A stretch of DNA of 64,000 nucleotides from Rickettsiales bacterium (lineage in GTDB: Bacteria > Pseudomonadota > Alphaproteobacteria > Rickettsiales > UBA1997), in contig JBMSJJ010000003.1 in assembly GCA_049418765.1 (NCBI GenBank), positions 4,921 to 68,920 of the forward strand. The letters are read 5' to 3'. The stretch's first letter is position 1. Every line of letters starts with the position of its first letter. Below, in pieces: positions 18,887-28,204 of this stretch. Made by a program: the position numbers and the translations under genes. Below the pieces are notes generated by a model, which saw nothing but the letters and a program-made list of their open reading frames with translations, was not told where the DNA came from and searched no databases.

Positions 18887-20488
18887 TTATCTTCCATTGC
18901 CCTCTCCAGCTGAGGAAGCGCCAGCATAAAGATCTTTTCCATCAAGTCTCGATGCCACGGGGTTTCGACATGTTGATGGTGGAGTTTTTGTTCTTATGTC
19001 TTTAATAATTTTACCATTTTCTACTTGTTTTAAAACCTTGTCAAGACTGGCAATTCTCTCCTCTCCACCTGTCAAGACAGCATCTTTAACAAAATCACTA
19101 TCAAACATCTTATTGGAATATTTTAGCAAAAATTCATTTTCACTTTTAAGTTTTTCCTTGGATTGTTGATCAATTTCATTGTTTTCAATAGATTTATCAT
19201 TGGCTCTAATTATGTCTTTAATTGCTTTATCGACTTCATCTCGCTTAGAAGAAGCACTCGATATCATTTTTTTTTGATAATATTCAGCTCTTTTATCAAA
19301 AAATTCATGTATTAAATCTGGATGCATGAAAAAATCTGCCCTCATCATTTTATCAACCTCAATAAGATCCTTATGATTTTTTTGCATACTTAAATATTCT
19401 TTTAATAATTCTGATTTTTTTGAATCACCATCATTCACAATTTCTTTTAATTTTTTGAAAAGTTTAATTCTATCGCTTTCAATTTTACGCTCTTCTTCAC
19501 TAAGACTAGAATACTCTTTATCTGATTTGGCAGTTAATTTATCTTCCACATCTTTAAAAAACTTTCTTGCAAAATCTTTTTCTTTATCAATTTTATCCCA
19601 ATATAAATCAGTTTTAATGTCTTCCATATCAACAAATTTCTTCTTTTCGTAAATTGAAGAATGAATTTGAGCATTTTTAACGACCTCTTTAATATTTTTC
19701 TTGATTGCCTCAATATCATCTTTTTCTTTTTGCGATAAATTAGTGGCTTCTTGATCCAAATTATATTCCTGATAACCACGATTTGCAATTAATACCGCCC
19801 CCAAAACCAATCCCGCCAATTCACTAGTCAAAATATTTCCACCAACTGATGTTACGGGGGACAAATATTCGCTAGACATTGTATCGACAAAAAATTGATT
19901 AAGATCTTCAAAAACTGGAATTTTAGCCAATCCTCCTGCCACCTCATCCAATTTCAAAGTCTTGTAAACCTCAGATAAATCACCCATTATTTCCTTACTA
20001 CCAAAAATTTCTTTAACTGATTCTGAAAAATCTCCACCCATCAAATCAAATGCTGTCGAGAGAATATCTAGCGCATCAATTATGCCAAACAACAGAAGCG
20101 AAGTCATGATTCGATAGAAATGCATATTAAAATTTTTCGCCTCTATTTCACTGTATCCAGCTTCAATTTCATTTCTCTTGCTATTCAAATTTTGTTTTAG
20201 ATTTTTCTTTCTTTCCTCCTCTTCCTTATCCAAATCCTCTAGGGCATATCCATGGTGAATCGCGCGCTGAGCGCTAGCTATATTTCCTTTTTTGTACATC
20301 TCTTCTAATTCTTCTTTGGAAATCAGTCCAGCTTTGATATTTAAGGCATTTATTAAATTATCTGCATCACTCCATTCCCTATTTGAATGCCGATAATCAT
20401 ACAATGTTGTACCATTTGCTAAAAAGCCAGCAAATTTTAAAAGCCTGTGGCTTGCGCCTTGTTTGTATTCATCTAACGCACTACTCAT
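18887..20488 (-). CDS. ORFan: central hydrophobic segments plus Lys/Glu-rich coiled-coil C-terminal half
   Basis: 533 aa. Putative TM stretches are FYRIMTSLLLFGIIDALDILSTAF and LAGLVLGAVLIA. There is a long K/E/D-rich region, and the tail is ...YAGASSAGEGNGR*. No family was recognised. Confidence 0.5.
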   Translation of the reverse strand: MSSALDEYKQGASHRLLKFAGFLANGTTLYDYRHSNREWSDADNLINALNIKAGLISKEELEEMYKKGNIASAQRAIHHGYALEDLDKEEEERKKNLKQNLNSKRNEIEAGYSEIEAKNFNMHFYRIMTSLLLFGIIDALDILSTAFDLMGGDFSESVKEIFGSKEIMGDLSEVYKTLKLDEVAGGLAKIPVFEDLNQFFVDTMSSEYLSPVTSVGGNILTSELAGLVLGAVLIANRGYQEYNLDQEATNLSQKEKDDIEAIKKNIKEVVKNAQIHSSIYEKKKFVDMEDIKTDLYWDKIDKEKDFARKFFKDVEDKLTAKSDKEYSSLSEEERKIESDRIKLFKKLKEIVNDGDSKKSELLKEYLSMQKNHKDLIEVDKMMRADFFMHPDLIHEFFDKRAEYYQKKMISSASSKRDEVDKAIKDIIRANDKSIENNEIDQQSKEKLKSENEFLLKYSNKMFDSDFVKDAVLTGGEERIASLDKVLKQVENGKIIKDIRTKTPPSTCRNPVASRLDGKDLYAGASSAGEGNGR

Positions 20489-20538
20489 TAATAATTACTA
20501 CAAAAAAAATAAATTTAGAAAAACATTTTTATTATAAC

Positions 20539-20566
20539 TTGACATAAAACATAAATTCATTAATTT
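20539..20566 (+). promoter_or_regulatory. candidate sigma-70 promoter for pal
   Basis: TTGACA (20539-20544), 16-nt spacer, TAATTT (20561-20566), ~40 nt upstream of the pal ATG. AT-rich background makes chance matches common. Confidence 0.3.
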
Positions 20567-20603
20567 AGAATGTATTAATTTTTTTAAAACTAATGAGGTT
20601 CAA

Positions 20604-21131
20604 ATGTTCAAGCAAATTATTATTTTATCATTATCAATAGCATTAATTTCATGTCAATCAAATCAATCTAAAAATCAAGAGCCTGTCAAAACTGAAGTAA
20701 AAACTCAAAATCTTGATGCATCAAAACCAGGAAACTACGAAACCTTTGATTCTCAAGAGCAAGCCAATAAAGCCAATGAACTTGCCAACCAAAACGAAAT
20801 TGAAGTTCCTGATCGCGTTAATTTCGATTTAGGCTCATCAAATATCAATGAAGCTTCAGCTAAAATTTTAGACATTCAAGTTGAGTGGTTAAAAAGCGAT
20901 AATTCAATTAACATAACCCTTGAAGGTCATTGTGATGAAAGAGGTTCTCGCGAATATAACATCGCTCTTGGAGAAAAAAGAGCAGTTGCAGTTAAAAAAT
21001 ATTTAGTGAAAAAAGGTATTGCCGGCAATAGACTCAAAACTGTTTCTTTCGGCAAAGAAAAACCAGCTTTCTTCGGTAACACTGAAGAAGTTCACGCCAA
21101 AAATCGTCGCGTTGTTGTAGTAATTAAATAG
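20604..21131 (+). CDS. pal: peptidoglycan-associated lipoprotein (OmpA-like domain)
   Basis: Lipobox LSIALISC, then ITLEGHCDERGSREYNIALGEKRAVAVKKYL...G....L.TVSFGKEKP. Confidence 0.85.
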   Translation: MFKQIIILSLSIALISCQSNQSKNQEPVKTEVKTQNLDASKPGNYETFDSQEQANKANELANQNEIEVPDRVNFDLGSSNINEASAKILDIQVEWLKSDNSINITLEGHCDERGSREYNIALGEKRAVAVKKYLVKKGIAGNRLKTVSFGKEKPAFFGNTEEVHAKNRRVVVVIK

Positions 21132-21142
21132 TTAATTTGGTA

Positions 21143-24100
21143 CTATTTTAACAATTTAATCCAAAATTTTGTGGTCTTCTCCAACAAAGAATTTTGCATA
21201 CATCTGTCGTGAAGCATTTGAAAATCTAGTTCATCACTATTTTGATCTTGACTTGCGCAAGAAAAGAAATATTCAATTTCACCATTTGCCTTCACCCTTT
21301 TTTGCAAACACTGACCACAGACACCTTTCATCATACATTGCATATTAGCATTTAGACTGGCAATAGAAAATTGAGCCAAAGCCAATGCTGGCACTATATT
21401 TTCTAACCTTAATTTAGCAACTTCATGCATTAAATTATCATTTCCGATAGCAAAAATTCTATCAATCATTTGCGAATTTTTCGAAAAATAATTTTTAATT
21501 GAATCAATTACATTGCCATGAAAAAACTCACTTGAAGCCGAATTTTCATCAATTGAAATTATTAATTCATCACAATTTTTTTGCATCAAATCAAAATTAA
21601 CAATAAATTTTTTAGATCGATAGCCTGCAAAAAAAATCACTTTACATCCGTTCAAACGAAAAATTTTAGCCAAGGCGGTAAGTGGCTGATTTCCTCGCCC
21701 TCCCCCTACTAACATCACCACTTCATTTTGCGGAATTTCTGTTGGCTTTCCACTTGGACCCATAAAAACACAAGGCTCACCCGCCTTAAAATTTTGAATT
21801 AAGCTTGTTGAGCCACCAGTTTCAACGATTATTCCTGAAATAATCCCGGTATTTTGATTAATTTTTAGCGCAGTAATAACCACCCCTTCCATTGCCAAAG
21901 TTTGGTTTGAAACCGCCGATGCCAAAGCATGGTAATTATGTAGTCGAAAAATTTGTCCAACCTTGGTTTGGCTTGCAAGTAAATAAGATTTTACCTCAAC
22001 TTCAATTACAAAGTCTGATAAGCGATTAATTTTTTCTATATTAACTAAAAAATCTTGATGATAATCTCGATAAGATTTGTTCTTGTCGTTATTTTTAACT
22101 AGTTTGTTTTGCTGATTTAAAATATTATTAATTTGCAAATACCCCTTCTTAGCACTCGCCATTGCCCTAACCACATTGCCTTCGAAATTTGGATGCAAAT
22201 CGCCAAAAAAACTTACAGCATTTAAATTTATGGGATTGATTTTGGTAATAAAATTAATATTATTTTCTTTTGCGCTGTGAGAGTTGTTCTCTTTAAAATC
22301 AATAGCCTTTAGATATTTTCCATCATTCGCAAAATCCAAATTATCTTCAAGCACAAAAGATAAATTTGGCATAGTTCCAATCGCCATTAGCAAGGTTTTA
22401 CAAGGAATAATTTCTCCTTTCTTAGTTTTAAGCGCACTAACATGATTGAATTTATCGACAATAATTTCGGCAATTTCTTGGTTTTCAACAAATTCTACAC
22501 CTTCTTGCAATGCCTTCTTCAATTCTTCGTGATTCAATCGATAGGCTGGCGATTCAATCATTTTTTTTCGATATAAAATTTTTGAGTTTGGCAAGGAATT
22601 TTTTTGCAATAATTTTCTATCTCTCTGAAATTCTTGCATAATTTCCAACTCGTAATCGCTAAGATTTTTTAGAAAATCATCCAACTGATTTTGCTCTTTG
22701 AATTTTTCTATTTTACTGAAAAATTTTTCGATTTGCACCTTATAATATTCCTGAGCCTCAGTTGCAGTATCAACTGCGGTTAGACCACCTCCCACCACAA
22801 TAATTGGCGAACGAATTTGCAAATTAGTAAATAAATTTTCTTGATAAGCGCCCGTTAATTGAAGCGCCATCAAAAAATCCGATGCCAAACGCACGCCTTT
22901 TGCAAAATTATTTTTAAGATCTAAGAATTGTGGTCGTCCAGCACCAACGCACAACGCCACATGATTAAAACCATATTTCTCGAAGGCAATGTCATCGGTA
23001 ATTGACGAGCCAAATCGCAAGCCTCCATACATGGAAAAATTTCTTCTTCTTTCTAATAATAAACGAATAATTTTTAAATAATTTTTATCAAATCGAGCAG
23101 TAATTCCATATTCCACTACCCCTCCAAAGCCACCAATTAAGCGGTTTTCTAAAGGTTCATATAAATCAGTAATATTTTCTATTGGCTCAAAATCTTGAAT
23201 TTGGTGATGCTCATCAACTCCTGATATTTTTGGATTTAACGGCTCAATTTTTAGACCATCAATACCCACAACCTCATGACCTTCATTCAATAAATAATGG
23301 CTTAGAGTAAAGCCAGATGGACCGAGTCCGCAAATCAAAATCTTTTTACCCGTAGATTTTTTTGCCAGTGGATTCAGAATATTTAATGGATTCCAACGGG
23401 TTAAAAGCGAATAAATTTCAAAGCCGAAAGGCAAATGCAACACATCCTTCAAAACCCTTGATTCAATTTGAGGAATATCAACTGGATCTTGTTTTTGAAA
23501 AATGCATGACTTCATACAATCATTGCAAATTCGATGCCCCGTGCCGGCAATTAAGGGGTTATCAAGTACCGCAATTGCCAAACTTGCTAAATTAAAACCT
23601 TGATTTTTTAGTAAATTCATTTCCGAGATTTTTTCATCAAGCGGGCAACCGCTTAACTCAATCTTCAAATCATCAACAATAAATTTTTCCGCATTCTTTT
23701 CTTTCAAACCTTTTGTGCAAGAATCCTTATTTTGCAAATGACAATAAATGCAATAATCGGTTTCACCTGCAACTCTAATGGCTTCATAGCCATTATCGGT
23801 AAGATTAAAGCCCTTTCGATTTCGAATATTAATGTCATTAATTAGGTTAAATTTATCAATTTTTTTTGGCAAAATAAATAACATGCCCATTTCATGAAAT
23901 TTTTTTCCCTGATCGGAAAAAAGCGCCCAAATTGCATATTTTTCAAGGTCTTCAAGAGAATTTTGATTTAGAATTTCTGCACTTAATTTAAGTTCAATAT
24001 TGGCAATATCATCAGAATTTATTTGTAATTTTTCTAAAAATAAATTTGGATTAAAATTTTCAATTAACACCAAATCATTTTTGCTATATTTTTTGGCGAT

Positions 24101-24406
24101 ATGTCTTTGAACAAAGTCTTTTCTGGCTTTTGCTACATTTTGATAAGCCAAATATTGTTGAGTTAAATTTGAATTTTGCGATGAAATTATAAATAATTTA
24201 GCTAAAAAAAATTCTAAAATTTTGGCAAGCTCAATTAAATATTGCGAATTATTATGGTTATAATTTTGATATTGTTGAAAAATTTCATAGTGATTTTTTT
24301 GTAAAAAATCTAAAAAATATTGATGGATTTTTTCTAAACCCGAAATTTCATAGAGATCATAAAATTTTAAGTCGAACTCTGGGTTAAGAATTTTTTTTGA
24401 TGGCAT
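21143..24406 (-). CDS. large multidomain Fe-S flavoprotein oxidoreductase (Cys-cluster region + GltD-like double Rossmann + PyrK-like FAD/NAD/2Fe-2S module)
   Basis: 1087 aa. Cys clusters are CIYCHLQNKDSC, CPLDEK and CNDCMKSC. Dinucleotide folds are ILICGLGPSGFTLSHYL and IIVVGGGLTAVDTA. The C-terminal part has VMLVGGGRGNQP and CMMKGVCGQCLQ (PyrK-type 2Fe-2S). Confidence 0.6.
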   Translation of the reverse strand: MPSKKILNPEFDLKFYDLYEISGLEKIHQYFLDFLQKNHYEIFQQYQNYNHNNSQYLIELAKILEFFLAKLFIISSQNSNLTQQYLAYQNVAKARKDFVQRHIAKKYSKNDLVLIENFNPNLFLEKLQINSDDIANIELKLSAEILNQNSLEDLEKYAIWALFSDQGKKFHEMGMLFILPKKIDKFNLINDINIRNRKGFNLTDNGYEAIRVAGETDYCIYCHLQNKDSCTKGLKEKNAEKFIVDDLKIELSGCPLDEKISEMNLLKNQGFNLASLAIAVLDNPLIAGTGHRICNDCMKSCIFQKQDPVDIPQIESRVLKDVLHLPFGFEIYSLLTRWNPLNILNPLAKKSTGKKILICGLGPSGFTLSHYLLNEGHEVVGIDGLKIEPLNPKISGVDEHHQIQDFEPIENITDLYEPLENRLIGGFGGVVEYGITARFDKNYLKIIRLLLERRRNFSMYGGLRFGSSITDDIAFEKYGFNHVALCVGAGRPQFLDLKNNFAKGVRLASDFLMALQLTGAYQENLFTNLQIRSPIIVVGGGLTAVDTATEAQEYYKVQIEKFFSKIEKFKEQNQLDDFLKNLSDYELEIMQEFQRDRKLLQKNSLPNSKILYRKKMIESPAYRLNHEELKKALQEGVEFVENQEIAEIIVDKFNHVSALKTKKGEIIPCKTLLMAIGTMPNLSFVLEDNLDFANDGKYLKAIDFKENNSHSAKENNINFITKINPINLNAVSFFGDLHPNFEGNVVRAMASAKKGYLQINNILNQQNKLVKNNDKNKSYRDYHQDFLVNIEKINRLSDFVIEVEVKSYLLASQTKVGQIFRLHNYHALASAVSNQTLAMEGVVITALKINQNTGIISGIIVETGGSTSLIQNFKAGEPCVFMGPSGKPTEIPQNEVVMLVGGGRGNQPLTALAKIFRLNGCKVIFFAGYRSKKFIVNFDLMQKNCDELIISIDENSASSEFFHGNVIDSIKNYFSKNSQMIDRIFAIGNDNLMHEVAKLRLENIVPALALAQFSIASLNANMQCMMKGVCGQCLQKRVKANGEIEYFFSCASQDQNSDELDFQMLHDRCMQNSLLEKTTKFWIKLLK

Positions 24407-25892
24407 TTTTTATAATTTTTACTTCGTTAAATTCAAGTTTTTCGTTACCAATAATTTGATAATTTTCATGACCCTTACCAGCTATAATCAAAACATCACC
24501 TTGCTGTAAATTTTCAATGGCAAATTCAATGGCGTTTTTTCTATCGGAAATTTCTATGAAATTATTTTTTTTACAACCAGAAATAATTTGTGTGCGAATA
24601 TTTTCGGCTTTTTCAAGTCTGGGATTATCGTCGGTAACAATAACCAAATCCGCCAAATCGCAGGCAATTTCGCCCATCAATGGACGCTTTTTATCATCGC
24701 GATTGCCACCGCAACCAAACAAAATAATCAAGCGATTTTTGGTAATTTTTCTTGCGGTTAATAACACATTTTCAATGGCATCGGGCGAATGGGCAAAATC
24801 AATAAAAATTTTAGCATTATTAAAACCTTCAACAAATTGCATGCGTCCAAGAGCGGGAGATAATTTATCGAATTTTTTTATCAAATCATTCAATTCATCT
24901 TTGGATAAATGATTTTTTGCCAAAAAAATTCCAAGCGCACAAATTATATTATGAGGCTGAAAATCTCCAAAAATATGGTGATTAAAGTTAAATAGATTAC
25001 CCAAATATTCAAACTCGATTTTTTGATCATTTGTGGACAATAATTTGAGTTTATTGCCATTAAATCCATAATCAATAATCTGGATTTTAAAATCATCGCA
25101 ATATTTTTTTATATTTAGAAATTCTGGAATATCCGCATTAAGAACCGCCACCGCTTTATTTTTGGCATTTGGTAAAATTTTACTAAATAAAATCATTTTG
25201 CAGGCAAAATAATTTTCCATATTTTGATGATAATCTAAATGGTCTTGAGTAAAATTGGTAAAAGCTCCAACCTCAATATTTAAGCTCCCGACTCGACCTT
25301 GATCAAGCCCAATTGAACTAACTTCAATGGCAACATCATTTACTTTATTTTCTTTCAAAATCGCTAAATTTTTGTAAAGCGTTACTATATCTGGGGTAGT
25401 AAGAGAAAAATCTGATAATTTATTTTTAATTTCAAAATCACAATTAACTCCTAAAGTGCCAATTGAAGCGGATTTTTTGCCAGAAAATTCTAAAATCTGA
25501 CGAGTAAATTCTATGGTCGAAGTTTTGCCATTAGTGCCAGTTACGGCATAAATATTTTCAGGTAAAGATGGATAAAAAATTTTCAAAACTTTATCCAAAA
25601 TCAATTTGGCGTCACCAATAATAAATATAAAATTTGGATTGATTTTTAAAAAATTCTGATAATCAAATTGACTATTTTTATCAATTACCGCAACCTTGCA
25701 ACCGAGATTGGCAACTTGCGCAACAAAATTTGCGCCATCATTTTTTGAGCCAATCAATCCAAAAAAAATGGAATTTGGTTTAGCATTTTTAGACTCAATA
25801 ACAATATCATTAATTTGGTTTTCATCAAGATTTTGTAAATTATGAACCAAATTATAATTTTGTAAATTAAGAATTATTTGCGCTAAATTCAT
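24384..25892 (-). CDS. murE: UDP-N-acetylmuramoyl-L-alanyl-D-glutamate--2,6-diaminopimelate ligase
   Basis: VTGTNGKTS, a Mur ligase central domain, and VTDDNPR (the meso-DAP-type DNPR motif). Confidence 0.9.
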   Translation of the reverse strand: MNLAQIILNLQNYNLVHNLQNLDENQINDIVIESKNAKPNSIFFGLIGSKNDGANFVAQVANLGCKVAVIDKNSQFDYQNFLKINPNFIFIIGDAKLILDKVLKIFYPSLPENIYAVTGTNGKTSTIEFTRQILEFSGKKSASIGTLGVNCDFEIKNKLSDFSLTTPDIVTLYKNLAILKENKVNDVAIEVSSIGLDQGRVGSLNIEVGAFTNFTQDHLDYHQNMENYFACKMILFSKILPNAKNKAVAVLNADIPEFLNIKKYCDDFKIQIIDYGFNGNKLKLLSTNDQKIEFEYLGNLFNFNHHIFGDFQPHNIICALGIFLAKNHLSKDELNDLIKKFDKLSPALGRMQFVEGFNNAKIFIDFAHSPDAIENVLLTARKITKNRLIILFGCGGNRDDKKRPLMGEIACDLADLVIVTDDNPRLEKAENIRTQIISGCKKNNFIEISDRKNAIEFAIENLQQGDVLIIAGKGHENYQIIGNEKLEFNEVKIIKNAIKKNS

Positions 25893-26571
25893 GAATTAAA
25901 TTGTTAAATTTTTTTGCCATTAATTGCGGATTATCACTTAAAGTAATTGGTCTACCAACCACTAAATAATCTGCGCCATCTCTTAATGCAGTAATGACAT
26001 CGCTAACTCTTTTTTGATCATCATTAGAAATATTTTCTAGCCGAATTCCAGGAGTTACAATTATAAAATCATGATCAAGTTTTTGTCGCAAAAACTTAGC
26101 TTCATGCGCCGAAGCAACAACGCCATCTAGACCCGATTTTAAGGCCATATCCGTCTTTTTTAAAACCAAATCTTGAAGTGTAAGATTTTTATCAAAACCC
26201 ATTTGCCATAAATCATTTTCATCAAGATTGGTGAGAACCGTTACTCCAAGAATCTTAATATTGCCTTTATTTTCGCTAGCTTTTTTCATGATATCGATGC
26301 TGGCGGTGTGCATAGTTAAAAGCTCGATTGGATATTGCGATAAATTTTTAACAGTTTTGGCAATGGTTTGCGAGATATCGTAAATTTTTAAATCGGCAAA
26401 GATTTTTTTATTTTTTTTCGCTAAAAAATCGATAATTTTAAAATAATCCCCGCTTGCCATTAGTTCAAGCCCAACCTTGAAAAAACTTACTTCATCTCCA
26501 AGATTATCAATTAATTTTTTAGCTTCGTTAAAATTTTCAACATCAATGGCAACAATTAATTTATCATTCAT
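25867..26571 (-). CDS. pyrF: orotidine-5'-phosphate decarboxylase
   Basis: LIVAIDV...FFKVGLEL...ADLKIYDI...TPGIR...VVGRPI. Confidence 0.85.
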   Translation of the reverse strand: MNDKLIVAIDVENFNEAKKLIDNLGDEVSFFKVGLELMASGDYFKIIDFLAKKNKKIFADLKIYDISQTIAKTVKNLSQYPIELLTMHTASIDIMKKASENKGNIKILGVTVLTNLDENDLWQMGFDKNLTLQDLVLKKTDMALKSGLDGVVASAHEAKFLRQKLDHDFIIVTPGIRLENISNDDQKRVSDVITALRDGADYLVVGRPITLSDNPQLMAKKFNNLIHEFSANNS

Positions 26572-26573
26572 AT

Positions 26574-27173
26574 TTACATTCTTTTTTCTTCACCAGTAAG
26601 GATTCTGATGATATTTTCTTTATGCTTGTAAAATATTATGGCAAAAATTATCCAACAAAAAATAATTTGCAAAATCGGAGCATCATAAGCAGTAGAAAAA
26701 ATTGTGGTGGAAAAAATCGCAATTAATGAGGCAACAGCGGAAATTCTAAATGCCATAAAAGACAAAATCCAAAAAAATATCGCCAACATTCCAACATTAA
26801 AATCTAAGGCAATAAGACAGCCTATGGTGGTTGCGATACCTTTGCCACCCTTGAAATTCAGGTAAATCGGAAAAATATGAGCACAAATTCCAACCAATGA
26901 AACTAATACCAAAAAATTATGCAATCCATCGGCTTCAACGAAGGTAAATCGACCAATTATCACCATAATCATTCCCTTACCCGAATCGCACAATAAAGTA
27001 AAAATACCTAATTTTTTTCCTAAAATTCTGGTTACATTTGTTGCCCCAATATTACCAGATCCTAGATTTCTGATGTCGGTTTTGGCAAAGATTTTAGAAA
27101 ATAACAACCCAAATGGAATAGCGCAAATCAGGTAGGTTGCTATTAAAAAAATCAATTGATAAAAATAAATCAT
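26574..27173 (-). CDS. plsY: glycerol-3-phosphate acyltransferase PlsY
   Basis: GSGNIGATNVTRILGKKLG, FKGGKGIAT, multiple TM segments. Confidence 0.9.
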   Translation of the reverse strand: MIYFYQLIFLIATYLICAIPFGLLFSKIFAKTDIRNLGSGNIGATNVTRILGKKLGIFTLLCDSGKGMIMVIIGRFTFVEADGLHNFLVLVSLVGICAHIFPIYLNFKGGKGIATTIGCLIALDFNVGMLAIFFWILSFMAFRISAVASLIAIFSTTIFSTAYDAPILQIIFCWIIFAIIFYKHKENIIRILTGEEKRM

Positions 27174-27670
27174 GAGTCCAAATTTGAATTGGGTTTATTA
27201 TTTTTTCTAAAGGCGTCAAGCGAAATTACTTTTGCCGACAAATCTATATTTTTATTTTCCATATTGTTAGCCAAATTATTTTCATCAAATTTATTTTCAA
27301 TATCATCAATTTCTCCATAGCTCATGCTAAATTTTAAAGCAAAATTCATAGATGGATCAGCAAAAGAAGTTATTGATTTATATGGTATGGTAAGTTTTTC
27401 ATATTTGCTGTTAAAGCTAAGAGAAATTTTGAAAAAATTATCTTCAACAATAAGATTTTTAAACTGATATTGAATGGCAATGGTCATCTCTTCTGGATAT
27501 TTTTCTTTAACCACCTTAGGAATTACAACGCCAGGGAATTTTGTTAAAAACGTTACTATAAAATAGTGCTTTCCGGGAAGTCCAGTTTTTTCAATTTTTT
27601 TTAGAGTTTCAAATATTACGGAGCGCATTGAATTTTCAATAATCTCGTCATAGCCGATTAAATCTTGCAT
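27170..27670 (-). CDS. sspB: ClpXP adaptor SspB (alphaproteobacterial type)
   Basis: ...IENSMRSVIFETLKKIEKTGLPGKHYFIVTFLTKFPGVVIPKVVKEKYPEEMTIAIQYQFKNL...F.ISLSF....E.L.IPY..ITSFADPS.NFALKF matches the conserved alpha-SspB core as I remember it. An acidic/variable tail follows. Confidence 0.75.
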   Translation of the reverse strand: MQDLIGYDEIIENSMRSVIFETLKKIEKTGLPGKHYFIVTFLTKFPGVVIPKVVKEKYPEEMTIAIQYQFKNLIVEDNFFKISLSFNSKYEKLTIPYKSITSFADPSMNFALKFSMSYGEIDDIENKFDENNLANNMENKNIDLSAKVISLDAFRKNNKPNSNLDS

Positions 27671-27756
27671 GAATTTATATTTTTTTATTAATTAATATTT
27701 TAAGTGAAATTAAAATATATATTGCTATTTTTCTTGAAAATCGCAAAAAATTTGCT

Positions 27757-27794
27757 CAAAAAATGCCCAGTCTTCTGTTGACAGGCGACTGGGC
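27757..27794 (-). terminator. intrinsic terminator at the 3' end of ssrA
   Basis: The minus strand reads GCCCAGTC-(14 nt)-GACTGGGC followed by ATTTTTTG. Confidence 0.6.
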
Positions 27795-28090
27795 AAGCCC
27801 CGACAAAATGCTTAAGCTATTGCAAATTTTTTCGCGTAAGCAGGCGCATAATTGTCATTAGCAAAATTATCATTTGCGTTTATTGTTTTTGAACGGATAT
27901 TGATAAATCAACCGGCAGTTTCTCAACCGAGCAAAGTCATTTTTTTTAGCGAATGTCGAAAGCTATTCATCCCCATAAATAACCATAGATAATGGTGGAG
28001 ATGCTGGGCTCTGCCCCCAGGTCCATAACGTTTATTATAAAATGCATTTATTGCCATAGTCGCTTCCCTAAGGAAGCTCACAAATACAAT
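27757..28090 (-). ncRNA. ssrA: circularly permuted (two-piece) tmRNA gene
   Basis: Minus-strand order is as follows. First comes ...GGAC-CTGGG-GGCAGAG-CCCAG-CATCTCC-ACCA (CCA = 27993-27995). An 18-nt spacer follows, then GGGGATGAATAGCTTTCGAC (from 27974). GGGGATG pairs with CATCTCC, including G3:U70. The resume codon GCA at 27877 opens ANDNFANDNYAPAYAKKFAIA, ending at TAA 27812-27814. The outer boundaries are approximate. Confidence 0.85.
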
Positions 28091-28115
28091 ATAATTCTTA
28101 AAATAAATTTAACAA
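28088..28115 (-). promoter_or_regulatory. candidate promoter for ssrA
   Basis: Minus strand: TTGTTA (28115-28110), 16-nt spacer, TATATT (28093-28088), just upstream of the acceptor-piece hairpin GCTTCC-TTAG-GGAAGC. Confidence 0.3.
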
Positions 28116-28153
28116 GTATTTTGTAAATTCTCAAAAAAAATTCATAAAAAAAC

Positions 28154-28181
28154 TTGTTGATAAAAAATTAGCAAATATAAT
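28154..28181 (+). promoter_or_regulatory. candidate promoter for the half-size carB
   Basis: TTGTTG (28154-28159), 16-nt spacer, TATAAT (28176-28181), ~25 nt before the ATG. Confidence 0.3.
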
Positions 28182-28204
28182 TTTTGTAAAAAATTTTAAA
28201 AAAA

